In this document: piece by piece, positions 50,856 to 62,746 of the stretch
Position numbering within the stretch: position 1 is the first letter of the stretch
How the letters are laid out: every line of letters begins with the position of its first letter
DNA from: Squalus acanthias
Lineage: Eukaryota
DNA length: 64,000 bases
Direction: 5' to 3'
Assembly (NCBI GenBank): GCA_030390025.1
Contig: CM059452.1
Span: forward strand, 7,936,001-8,000,000
Notes under the pieces: generated by a model
Told to the model about the DNA's origin: nothing
Database searches by the model: none
What the model saw: only the letters and a program-made list of their open reading frames with translations
Made by a program: the position numbers and the translations under genes

Positions 50856-52277
50856 TTATTCCAGGGTCAATTCATTCTCTATAATTCCGTTAGTTTTACC
50901 GTCAGGACACTGTTAACCGTGACTCCAGTGACCTTTCCCCTCCCGGGTCAGTTCACTGGTGAAATAACAATGTTGTCGGAATGATTTATAGATCCCTGAT
51001 ATTAGAATGATGACGTCTGCTGTTACTGAACAAACAACTGAACAGATTAAAGAATAAACTCTCCCTGTAATTTAAACAGAGTTTCAAGAACTGTCCCCTT
51101 CTGTGGTTTGTATTAAAATGCTGTTTAAATTCTATCTGTTAAGTTCTGACCTTCTTTCTGCCTGTAATGATTTATTTAAAGATCCATAATCTTCAGATGC
51201 TTGATTACCAATGAGAGAGAATGGAGGGAACAGCCTAGCGGTGCTTTTCAGGAATTTACCGCTCATCTGTATAAAGTGCCCGGGAGCAGAGCGCGGGGAG
51301 CGGGTTCTAAGCCCCCAGGGTGAGGTGCATGCTCTCGTTACCAAGAGCTCAACATCAGCAGGGCATGAAAAACTGTCCTGACAACTATCTCGCATATTAA
51401 CAAATGATGAGGAGCAGAAAAAGAAACACAATACAGGCAGTTTCGATTTGTTTTTCGCCCCTTTAACATCGATTTCCAGCATCAGTACAGTTAATGGCTT
51501 CAGAAATCAGATCTCAGGGTGTGTCTTTCATTCACATTTTACTATTGCTTTCCCCATCTTCCACATCCTTCCACTCTCTTGTCCTGCCCACTGGTTAGTA
51601 TCAAAATTCAATCCTTCGATGTGATGGATGTCTTTTTGTGATGATTATTGCCCGATGTACCGTCCCAGCCCATTGTGGATTTCAAACATTAATCTTCAGT
51701 TCATTCCAAAATATACACAACTGTTGGCGAAACAGCATTTAACTCACTGCCCGGGGTCTGAGCCAAACAAAGGATATTGTGAGCTGACGCCCTCTGGTGG
51801 ATATTCTGAGAAATGTTCAGATGTCGGTGGACAGGGTGTGAGGAATCCTGTGTGTATTCACTGAACTGTCTGCAATTCCTGTTTATGGGAAGCTGGGTTG
51901 GAGCGGTTCTGAATTAATATGCCGAGCAGCAGCAAACGTTTTACATCGTTCAACTACAGATTGGAAGAAGAAAGTTCATACGATTATAGGTAAAGAGTGG
52001 AGACAGGGGATGAGAAAGGACAGGCAGGCACGGAAAGGGCATAGAAAGACAAAAGGTGTGTTCAGGCACTACAGATGGATTTGTGAATTTCATTTTTAGC
52101 ATTTTGAAATCACCAACTAATGTAATTCCGCCAGTGGACTTCACCTTTTCATGTGGAGTGTTGTGTTTTGTCGACATTTAGAAGGTCCCTGTGACTCTCA
52201 CTGTGGAGGCTGAATTATCGCGTGTTTATCGGTGTGAGAGCGCCCTCTGGTGAGCACTAACTGGAACTCTCAGTGTG

Positions 52278-52793
52278 GGTTTTTGTACGGGCTCCGCCAT
52301 ATCTCTGCATCAGTGTGGGGCTCATGGCACAGAAATACACGGCGGTGTCGGAGATCAGGGCATTGCTGATCGTTAGCTCGGTAATCTTGCTGCTTTTATT
52401 AAACGTAGAAGAGAATCGGTCAGTGAATTCAGGGTTCCTGTTTACTATTCCTACATAGATATAAAGCACGTACTGTGGAGGCTGCCCGGGGTGCTGACTG
52501 TACCAGTACACATAAGGGTTAGTAGCGGTTGTTTTCAAGGTGCAGTTTAGTGTGACGTTACTTTCCTCTTCAACCGTTATTTCAGAAACCGGCTGTTCCA
52601 CTGCGTCTTGTTGGCTCCATTCTAATATAAAATAATAGTAATAGTCATCACCATCATCATCATCATTAGGATCCTTTAACCAATTATCATAGCTGAGTTA
52701 CAGCCGTCAGGGGGAGAATGGATTTTAACTGGGGAGGAAATACTTACTGAGAAGTGATATAATGATGAGGAGCGGTGCGAGGCGGTTGTACAT
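52278..52793 (-). CDS. TCR alpha/delta V, intact (leader 52793-52748, exon 52621-52318, RSS 52317-52278, 24-nt spacer)
   Basis: MYNRLAPLLIIISLL / DAVEQP...TLNCT...VYWYSQHPGQPPQYVL...DTAVYFCAMS; CACACTG-24-ACAAAAACC. Confidence 0.92.
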
Positions 52794-53553
52794 GACGCTC
52801 CCTGAGTCTGTAACTCTGCAGTCCTGGAAATCCTCTGTGGGAGCAGAAATACAGATCCCCGCCGCACTGTACCAAATAAGTAAGCTCTCCGATAACAGTA
52901 GGCGGGTTAAAGCGAGAGCAGCAAACGGAAGCTGTGGGCGGGGCTGCCGCGGCGGTGTTACTGCAAGCTTTGTCTCCATCATTTCCAGTTGGTAACGGCC
53001 AGAAACATGTGACCACGGCGACCTCTGGCGGTCACTCTGAGAACTTTACACTGTTAGGATAATAGATTGAGTAAAGTGTGAGTTTATCTATGGCGAACTT
53101 TCCAGCGTCCGGGTTTTGGGAGAGGCGGTTCAGACAATTTAACTGTGAAATAGGTGGAAGGATAATGTGAGTGAGCTTAAAGGGAAGGGAAATTTTACTT
53201 TATTTCTGAATCTCTTTGTTTATGGCTTTCTCTTAACTTTAAGATTTATGTTTCTCACTCGTTGTTTCTCACTTTCTTTCATTTCTTTTTCCCTCCTTTC
53301 CTAATTTGTTGTCCACTACACGTACTATTGCATTGATTTTTCTCTTTCTCTTATTCTTTCTTTAGTGCCTTCGCTTTGTTTTCCTCTGTCTGTGTTTCAA
53401 AATCTCTTCATTTCAGAATTTCTTTAACTCTCTCTCTTCTATATTTCCTATTATTTTTCTGTGCTCAGTCCCTCTGCCCTCCGATTATTATAACCGGGCC
53501 CCTCCCAATCCCGTTACTCCAAACACAGCAGAGCGGCGCTCCCCCTCGGGGCA

Positions 53554-53926
53554 GGTTTCTGTGCGGACTCTCCGCCTGTTTGTTACACTGTGGGCTCACG
53601 GCGCAGAGATAGGTGGCGCTGTCTGTCACTCGCGCGTCTCTCACAGTCAGGGCACTGAGTTTATTGCCTCCCCCGATTGAAGCAGTGATCCTCCCGTGTT
53701 GATCGGTCCCGCTTGTGGCCATCACCAGGTGCTGGGGTGTCTGATCCGGGTGCTGTCTGTACCAGTGCAGGACGCTAAACGCAGCGGTAGCGGAGCAGTT
53801 GATGGACACGATTCCCTCTTCACTAACAACCACCCGCCGAGGGAGCTGCTCCACCTCATCTTCACCGCTCACATCCGTGCAGATCAGAGTGTAAATCAGC
53901 AGGGAAACTCTGTAAATCCGGAGCAT
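53554..53926 (-). CDS. TCR alpha/delta V with leader and V in a single exon (53926-53593), 23-RSS 53592-53554
   Basis: MLRIYRVSLLIYTLICTDVSGEDEVEQ...INCS...LHWYRQHP...DSATYLCAVS; CACAGTG-23-ACAGAAACC. Confidence 0.85.
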
Positions 53927-54104
53927 TATCCGATCAGATGAAGAGGAGGCTGAAAGAATGGTACACAGAGGTCGGGTTAGAACCAGGACACAGATACTAT
54001 ACTCAGGAGAATTAACAAGGAGACAAACTCTCGCTTCTTGTCCAACGCAGAGGTTTCTTCCTGTCGAACTAACGAAACAAGCTATATCTCTGGGTTTACC
54101 CACC

Positions 54105-54493
54105 CCGGGCCGCCCACACTCAGTGTTTCTCACTGACACCAGCTCACACTGTCTCTGAGCTCACACCGGGACGCCCACACTCAGTGTTTCTCACTGACAC
54201 CAGCTCACACTGTCTCTGAGCTCACACCGGGCCGCCCACACTCAGTGTTTCTCACTGACACCAGCTCACACTGTCTCTGAGCTCACACCGGGCCGCCCAC
54301 ACTCAGTGTTTCTCACTGACACCAGCTCACACTGTCTCTGAGCTCACACCGGACCGCTCACACTCAGTGTTTCTCACTGACACCAGCTCACACTGTCTCT
54401 GAGCTCACACCGGGCCGCCCACACTCAGTGTTTCTCACTGACACCAGCTCACACTGTCTCTGAGCTTACACCGGACCACCCACACTCAGTGTT
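54105..54493. repeat. 61-bp minisatellite (continues at 54905-55100 after a CR1 insertion)
   Basis: CGCCCACACTCAGTGTTTCTCACTGACACCAGCTCACACTGTCTCTGAGCTCACACCGGGC, period 61. Confidence 0.92.
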
Positions 54494-54904
54494 GCATAGA
54501 AACATAGAAACATAGAAGATAGGAGCAGGAGTAGGCCATTCAGCCCCTCGAGCCTGCTCCGCCATTCAATTAGATCATGGCTGATCATCCAAATTCAGTA
54601 CCCTGTCCCTGCCTTCTCTCCATATCCCTTGATCCCTTTAGTTTTAAGAAATATATCTAACTCCTTCTTGAATATATTTAATGAATTGGCCTCTACTGCC
54701 TTCCATGGTAGAGAATTCCACAGGTTCACCACTCTCTCGGTGAAGAAATTCCTCCTCATCTCAGTCCTAAATGGCTTACCCCTTATCCTTAGACTGTGAC
54801 CCCTGGTTCTGGACTCCCCGGCCATCGGGAACATCCTTCCCGCATCTAGTCTGTCTAGTCCTGTTAGAATTTTATAAGTTTCAATGAGATCCCCTCTCAT
54901 TCTT
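54494..54904 (-). mobile_element. Young 5'-truncated CR1 inserted into the minisatellite
   Basis: Nearly identical to the 3' end of the 38448-40955 element; flanked by CCACACTCAGTGTT on both sides (possible TSD). Confidence 0.9.
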
Positions 54905-56388
54905 CCACACTCAGTGTTTCTCATTGTTTCACCCTGTCCTCTGGTGGCGAGCACTGTTAATTGCGAGGTGCAATTATTAACGCCAATTACCGATAATCAC
55001 CGGCCGCTCACACTCAGTGTTTCTCACTGACACCAGCTCACACTGTCTCTGAGCTCACACCGGACCGCTCACACTTAGTGTTTCTCACTGTTTCACTCTG
55101 TCATCTGGTGGCGAGTACTGTTAATTGCGAGGTGCAATTATTGACGCCAATTCCCGATATTTTTGCATTACACAAGATAGTTATAAGAGCGAACGGCTAC
55201 TCGCTCCTGCAAGGGATGACTCCGTCATTCAGAGAGATCCTAACTCTCGACTTCCATTGTAGCATCCAACGATTCCAGTGCATTTTCCTCCTCCACTCTA
55301 ACTGAAAGTTTATTCCACACATTGATCACTCTCTGTGTGTGAAGCGGGATTTCCTGATACCAGTCCTAGAATTTTAACCCGTGTTCTTTCCCAGAAGGAT
55401 GGAGTGGGAATTTTAAATGCTAATATTTAGAACATAACAATAGTAATTATAACATTGATAAATCACAATGAAAATTGATAATAAGCCATATAAACACTGA
55501 TATTAATTTCAAAATAATGCCTCTATTTCCGAATCTGCTTCTTTAATCCCTTCAATAAAGTTACTGAACAATGTTCTCAGGCTGTAACTCGCCTCGATAC
55601 TGAAACCAGCACAGTGAACACATCCTCGCACTGCCCTCTGGTGGCGACTGCCTGTAACTACAAGGTACAAGTCCTGTCCTGTTCCAGTTCACAAGATCAT
55701 TCTGAATGAGGGAAGCCATTCGGCCCGTATTGTCCCATCCATCCAGAGAGATACTATCTCCTAGCCGCACTGTGGCCTCAAACTTTTCCTTAAAAGTTTC
55801 CAGGATCTGTTCCTCCACCACTGTATTCGGAAACTTATTCCATACATTCACCACTTCCTGAGTGTGAAGAAGATATTGTCCTATATTTACATTTTATACT
55901 TTGAACCCGTGCTTCCCTCTTCTACTTCAAACAGTTCAATTTAAAGTAATATTGCTGGAATATGTTTTTAATACATCAACTGTGTGATACTTCTCTAGAT
56001 GTCATTGCAGTCAGGCACTGGGATACGGTGCTGATTAAAACTCTCGCACATCCGCGAGCAGCAGGTCACAAGCGCTGGGTTTGTCACCTTGGAATTGATT
56101 ATTCCAAAGAAAGAAGGCAGGGATCATTGTGAGAGAAAGTGAGGACAGCGCGACAATTCCTCACAGGTGGATCCTAGGTGTGACATCACTTCCCGCGGCA
56201 GCCCCGCCCACAGCTTCCGTTTGCTGCTCTCGCTCTGACCCGCCTTGCCTGCCCTGTGTTATTGGAGAGATTGCTGCCGCTGTTCCCTGTTTGGCATTGG
56301 TTGGATCAGCAGTGCAGTGGGGCGGGGATCTGTATTTCTGCTCCGACAGAGGATTTCCCGGACTGCAGAGTTACAGACTCGGAGCATC

Positions 56389-56974
56389 ATGCGGAACCGT
56401 CTCGCACCGCTCCTCATCATTATATCACTTCTCAGTAAGTATTTCCTCCCCAGTAAACATCCATTCTCCCCCTGACTGCTGTAACCCAGGTGTTATTATT
56501 GGTGAAATGGTGATAATGATGGTGAATTAGACACATTTCATCTCTACTCTCATTTCCATTATGTTTTAATCTGAATTTGAAACACCCGCCGGTCTGATCT
56601 TTTCCTGTTTGAACATGTTTTTCAGATCTGAGTCTTGGAGATTCTGTCACTCAGCCGCTGTCCTCAGGAGTTAAGACAGAAGGAGAAGCGGTGACTTTAA
56701 ACTGTACCTATGAGACTACACAGGGCGGCAGCTATAATTTGTACTGGTACCGGCAACACCCAGACACACAGCCCGAGTTTATTCTAATGAAATACGCGAG
56801 CGGTTCTGAAGATAAAGCACATTTTGCCCAAACCCGTTTTTCAGCACAACTCGACAGCTCCACTAAATTCACCAGTTTAACCATCTCGGGGCTGCAGCTG
56901 ACCGACACTGCAGTTTATTACTGTGCCCTGGGACTCACAGTGATGGAAACCAGTTAAACCCTCGTACAGAAACT
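56389..56974 (+). CDS. TCR alpha/delta V, intact (leader 56389-56434, exon 56626-56935, 23-RSS 56936-56974)
   Basis: MRNRLAPLLIIISLL / DSVTQP...TLNCTY...LYWYRQHP...DTAVYYCALG; CACAGTG-23-ACAGAAACT. Confidence 0.93.
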
Positions 56975-57925
56975 CCCTCCGCTTTGTAGATCAGAGGCTC
57001 CGCCTGCTGAAGCCGGATATAACGACGGGCAGATGTGAAGAGCGATACAAAATAATTATTTAGCAAATCTGCCATTTCCTTATTTTCTATGACAGTATCA
57101 CCCGAGTGTGTCTTTAAGCGGCCCGCATTACCCTGAGCCCCGCTTTCTCTTCTTACTTTGAAAACGTTTCCCTATAATCGCCATCAGAGGGAAGTTCGTT
57201 GTTGGGTTGAGTGTCGGGGCGAGTTACAGACTAAGAACATTGTTCATCTTATGTAACTAAAGAATTAGAGAAACACATTTTTAAATGCAGGCATTAAGTT
57301 CAAAAGCAAGTCTGTGTTCCAAATGGTTAACTATTAAGTTATTGTGAATGTGGTTATTGTTAACGTGAATACGTTGTAAATATTTGTAATGAGCGGCTCA
57401 CCCCAGAATCAGTAAAACTATCTGTTGTCTGCACCCTCCCATTCTGCTCAAACCTGTCAGTCACTCCCCAATTCATTCATATAAAAGGTCGCGTTTGTCT
57501 AATTTACCGCATCGTTGTTTTCAAATCCTCAGGATCTACTGGCCGTCTCTACCTCCCTTTATATCGGCTGTGGGTAGTTCTAATGGTCAGTGAGCAGCTC
57601 TTTTAATGGGAGCCTCCGGCACTGCTGCCAGAACAATATTAACAAATTCCTTTCACTGGCCCCACCTCACAGACTGAAACTGTTAAAGGGCCAACATTGG
57701 GTTTAATCCCCGTCCAGTTCTCTGTTGTGAGGAGAACACGTGAGCTGTGAGCTGATTGGATAAATTGGAGAACAAAGGACTAGTGAGCTGATTGGATATC
57801 TCCTGCTGACTCTGTCAGGAATGAACCAATCGGCAGAGAGGCCGGATATGAGTCAACATCTTCCCAGCTCTTGACTAAAACAAATTCAGGTTCAACCCGT
57901 CATCCGACATCAACTCCCTGCAAAC

Positions 57926-57977
57926 ATGTTGGCTGTTACATTTTATTTATTCGTCACAGCTGCAGCTCTCCTAATTG
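57926..57977 (+). pseudogene. Orphan V promoter and leader (paralog of the 44577 leader), V exon missing
   Basis: MLAVTFYLFVTAAALLI with GTAAG donor; upstream 57740-57925 is the inverse of 44580-44790. Confidence 0.75.
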
Positions 57978-58410
57978 GTAAGTTCAAAAGTTACACAACA
58001 CTGTATTTCACATCTGCATCATACATTATATTTAATCGATCAGTTCCCGGAACACAAGATTATCAATATGTTGATCCAAAGTGAAGAAAACCATCCGGAT
58101 CCACATTGACTCAACACTGAACACTGTTTGGGGAAAATCGACAAACTCCCCCAGTGAATGAAAGCGGAAGAGTTGAGGTGAGATTACAGGCGAATGGCAG
58201 ACAGACCCGCTCCGCCCCGCCGGGGTCAATGACGGACTTTGACAGATACACGAGTCTTAAACCTACAGACCGTTTGGAGTTTTCCCTTCACATCACAAGA
58301 GGTGAAGGTGAGGAACTGATCCCGTTGGAAGGTGCTGAATGTTCATTAAAGAAAGTTTTATTCAGTCGATCTCAGCATCATCCCGTGAGCAGCCCCTGAG
58401 CTGTGGGGAA

Positions 58411-58878
58411 ATGTATTTCTGTTTAACTGCCCTGATTTACTTCTCAGGTAAGTGTTGGGGGTGACGGGCTGATTCTGGGGGATAGACACAGTGAAGTGAC
58501 ATTGTTTAATTTAATATCGCTCTGGGCTCTTGCAGGACATTGTCGAGGAGATTCCGTTTCACAGACACCGGCTGCAACCACAGTCAGTGAAGGAGACGAT
58601 GTTCAGTTGCATTGTAATTATACAGCTACAAGCACCAACCATTACCTATTCTGGTACCGTCAGCATCCCAGCGGATCCATGGAGTTTCTGCTGCAGAGAA
58701 ACAAATACAGCGAGAACGAAGGGAGATTTTCAGGGGACCGTTTTTCAGCGAAGCTCAATGATTCGAGCCGAACCGTCCCGCTGAATGTGTCTGAAACACA
58801 ACTGACAGACTCCGCGGTGTATTACTGCGCACTGAGCCCCACAGAGACACGGAGCTGGGCTGGACCTGTACAAAAACT
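58411..58878 (+). CDS. TCR alpha/delta V, intact (leader 58411-58447, exon 58536-58839, 23-RSS 58840-58878)
   Basis: MYFCLTALIYFS / GDSVSQTP...LHCNY...YLFWYRQHP...DSAVYYCALS; CACAGAG-23-ACAAAAACT. Confidence 0.9.
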
Positions 58879-59399
58879 GTCAGAGCGTCGCTCAACATAT
58901 CAGCGCGTCAGAGGAACATTGTGATCAGCGGCGAGTCTCAGCTGGTCCCTGTATTTGTGATTAGACATTGTGCTGTTAATTCTAATATAAAGGTATCTTT
59001 ATTCCTGCAATTTGTCTCTTTTTAAGTATTTATCCAATTCCCCTTTGAAAGTCATTATTGAATTTGCTTCCACCGCCCTTTCAGGCAGTGAATTCCAGAT
59101 CACAACAACTCGCTGAGTAAACAATCAAATCTCCTCATCTCCTCTCTGGTTCTTTTGCCCAGTATCTTCAATGTGTTTGTCCTCTGGGTACCGACCCTCC
59201 TGCCAGTGGAAACAGTTTCTCCTTATTTACTTTATCACAACTCTTCATATATTTCTGTTTGGATACAGTCACTCTGAGAACTCCTATTCTGAAATGCTAT
59301 CCCGCTTTTGTTGTGTGAGCGACAATCTCACCGCCTGTTGGGATTTATTACTCACAGTTATTGGAACTTTATCTAAACGTTTCCCTCTCTGTCCTTTAG

Positions 59400-59745
59400 A
59401 CAGCGTCCTTGGATGGATCGCTCATTGGCCAATGGAAGAGGTGACCGCTCAGGAGGGAGAGATCGCGACAATAACCAGCTCCTATACAGAGGTGACGAGA
59501 GTTTGCCTGTCCAAGTACCGGGAGGGTCGGTCCGTGGGCCCGGAGAATATCCTCATCCGCTGCACCGACCGGTTCAGTGACGATGCGAACTTTGCAAGAC
59601 GGCGCTTCACCTCATCTTTGGCCAAAACTTACAGAGCAGTCAGTTTAAGGGTTTCACAGCTAACAGCTGCGGATTCCAGGAAATACTTCTGGGTCATAAC
59701 ACCGCACACGCTGCTGTATTTAGAGCAAGAGCCGACAATAAACTA
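59400..59745 (+). pseudogene. Degenerate TCR V (open frame; both Cys and Trp lost; decayed RSS)
   Basis: VTAQEGEIATITSSY...LSKYRE...RFTSSL...VSLRVSQLTAADSRKYFW; CACGCTG at 59707. Confidence 0.7.
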
Positions 59746-60034
59746 CAGGTGCTCCGGCGCGGCCGACTGTGACAGTAAACTCTCTGGTTTATTGTATCTC
59801 ATGGTCCAATGTCACTGTGTAGTCTGACGGAGAAGGACAACAATTCTTCCATCCAAAATGTATCCTCAACTTGTCATAAACAGACAGACCGTTGTGTGGG
59901 CGGATGATGTTGTTATTGTTGACCACAGATTGATCTGGCAAGTCCCTGGAATCCCAAATCCCTTTGGCCCTCCACAGGAATCTGAGCCAACAACACTTTC
60001 TCCAGAACATTCCACATTCTCGCTTCCCTTTGAA

Positions 60035-60488
60035 AGAAAGAAAGATTTGCATTTCTACAGCGCATTTCACAACCAGCGGACGTCCCAAAGCGCTTTACAG
60101 CCAATGAAGTACTTTTTGAAGTGTAGTCACTGTTGTAATGTAGGAAACGCGGCAGCCAATTTGCACACAGCAAGCTCCCTCAAACAGCAACATGATAATG
60201 ACCACATAATCTGTTTACTAATGTTGCTTGAGGGATAAATATTGACCAAGATAACTCCTCTGCTCTTTTTCGAAATATTGGGATTCATTACGTCCTCCTG
60301 AGTGGTCAGACAGGGCCTCGGTTTAACATCTCATCCGAAAGACGACACCTCCGACAGTGCAGCACTCCCTCAGTACTGACATCGGGAGGGTGCGCCTAGA
60401 CTTTGTGCTCAGGTCTCTGGAGTGTGACTTGAACCCACAATGTCCTGACTCAGAGGCGAGAGTGCTACCAACTGAGCCAAGGCTGACC
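60035..60488 (-). mobile_element. tRNA-derived SINE (Deu-SINE-like)
   Basis: Minus strand has A box TGGCTCAGTTGG and B box GGTTCAAGTC, then GTACTGAGGGAGTGCTGCACTGTCGGAGG...TAAACCGAGGCCC core and a TTTC tail. A decayed relative lies at about 5200-5590. Confidence 0.75.
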
Positions 60489-62252
60489 CCCGAGTACTTG
60501 TAGATTAGACCTTATTCTGTTCATTATAATGCATATTTACCTTTATTAATAATAAATGTATAATATTTATATACAAATGTAGCTGGATGAGCGAAATGCC
60601 TTTATTGAGGTAACCAGGCTGATGACTGACAGATAGATGGACAGCGGCCTCTCTGCGCCTCGCTCACTTGTTCTCCCTCAGCAGGGGCGGGGGGCAGCTT
60701 GTATCAGGGTTTCCCCAGTGCAGACACAGAACAATGATCACGGGCATCCGGCACCAGTTGAACTGAAAGGAAATGAAAGTCAGTTGTTATGAATGCGGAT
60801 TGCGGGTTGTTGTTGTTTATTGTGCGGATCAGAAAGGGTCAAATCTCCCAGCGGAAACTGTGAATTTCCAAGCTCCACTTCATCTAATTAATGTTTTTGT
60901 CCCTGTAAGTGTTGATGTACAAGGCTCGACATTCGCCATCAGCATCACCGCAACAGACCTTCCCATAAATGGACACTGGGAACTGCCCCATACACACACT
61001 TATTGTCTGTTTTCACCCAATATCCGAACAATGTAAAAGGTCTCGTCGTATCCGCCAGAGGGCGCCGTGGTCGCAAGGTTCTCGCTGCTCCCTCGGGACT
61101 CGAACCATTGTTCTTCCTGATTTGTGTAAACGCATCATAATTTCAAAGCCTACTGCGTTTGTGTTCGTGCGTTTGTGTTCGTGCGATTCAGCAAAGTTTC
61201 CCCCCTCTCTTTTAATTGTCAGCTATTCACCGTCACAATCTCTACCACGCTTATGAAGTATTTCCTTATACTGCAAATCTTAATGCGACTGCGAGAGACA
61301 TCTTTGGTAGCTGCAGTTTGAAAAAAACCCTTACATATTAAAATCTGGAATGAATGACACTCTCAGAGAGACGGGACTGTAACCCGGGTGAAGAGTTTCT
61401 CCCGTGTCAATAAGCACCATTTCCCTTCCCATGTGATTAATTTCAGCACAGTGGAATGGCGCCTCCTGTGAGTTTCAGGCAGACATTAATCTAACGGGTT
61501 CAGCAGATATTTGGGGAAGGGGCTCATATTCCCCTCCGAGCAATTACCAACACAGTCGGTTGATGGCGGTAAGATATTATCTCGAAGTGACAATGTATCG
61601 GTTTGAAAGTAGATGAAGTTGTTGTTTATTTCAATCACTGCCACTAATCAGACTGCGGTGGTTGATGGGGAGTCGGGTTTGATTAACCTGCTGGGGACCC
61701 ATAGTGGGAAGGTTTCCTCCGGTCTCTCTCTGGAAATCTCATCCACAAGTTGTTTTAACGAAATCGTAAGCTGATTATTTTAGAATGTGTTCACTATTTC
61801 GTTAGAAATAGCGACCAGACTAAATCTCCCGCACAGAGCGGATAGTTCAGTATAAACAAAATTGTTAGAGGAGAAGGACGTTAATGCTCTCGGTGAGCCG
61901 TCACACACCGACATAAAATAAACAAACACTCAGTGTGACCAATTCGGGCCCATTAAATACATCCCCAAACCTCAGCAAAACTGAAACTTTCTTCACACCA
62001 CAGGCAGCGCTCACTGAGTGATTGGCTTCACCTTCTGATACGTTATACCGTGGTTCAAAGGGTTTCAACTGAGCCATGAGCCTCACTTGAATCTCATTTC
62101 AATATATGGCGGGTGTATTGTAGAGGGTGTCATTGGAGGGGAACAATGAGAGCAGGAAGTGACGTTGGACCAAAAGGCACCTCTGACGAGGTCGATTCTG
62201 GTCCGGAATTTGGCTTTTAAACAGACCGACAGGTTCGGGCTCGGCAGCGGCC

Positions 62253-62746
62253 ATGCGGATATTCAGCGCCTGGGTTGTGTTTGGGGTGTTTATTGTCGGT
62301 AAGGATCAATCCAATTGTGTCGTGTTCAAACTAAAGTGTTAATATTATTTCAGCTTTTAATACTCGGTCTTATCTTGTTACTGAACACATGTTACAGATC
62401 AGAGTGATGGAGATTCTGTTACTCAGTCCCAGAGTTCAGTCAGCAGGAGAGAAGGTGAAGCGGTGACTATAAGATGTACCTACAGTACCACAGCCAACGA
62501 CTATTATTTATATTGGTACCGGGAACAACCAGAGAAGGAGCCCCAGTTTGTAATCAGGAGACGGTCTTGGGACACACAGGAACGGAGAGGAAAAGGTTTC
62601 GGAATCCGGTTTTCTGCTCAGCTCCAGACCGCGACTAAATTCACCAGTTTAACCATCTCCGGGCTGCAGCTGACTGACGCTGCCGTGTATTACTGCACCC
62701 TGGGACTCACAGTGATGGAAAGCAGTCTCACTCCCGTACAAAAATT
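62253..62746 (+). CDS. TCR alpha/delta V, intact (leader 62253-62298, exon 62398-62707, 23-RSS 62708-62746)
   Basis: MRIFSAWVVFGVFIV / DSVTQS...IRCTY...YLYWYRE...DAAVYYCTLG; CACAGTG-23-ACAAAAATT; ETS-CRE motif AGGAAGTGACGT at about 62154. Confidence 0.93.

Noticed and set aside
60400-60488. tRNA gene
   Set aside because: The A/B boxes are the head of a SINE followed by SINE core and tail; no convincing cloverleaf or terminator.
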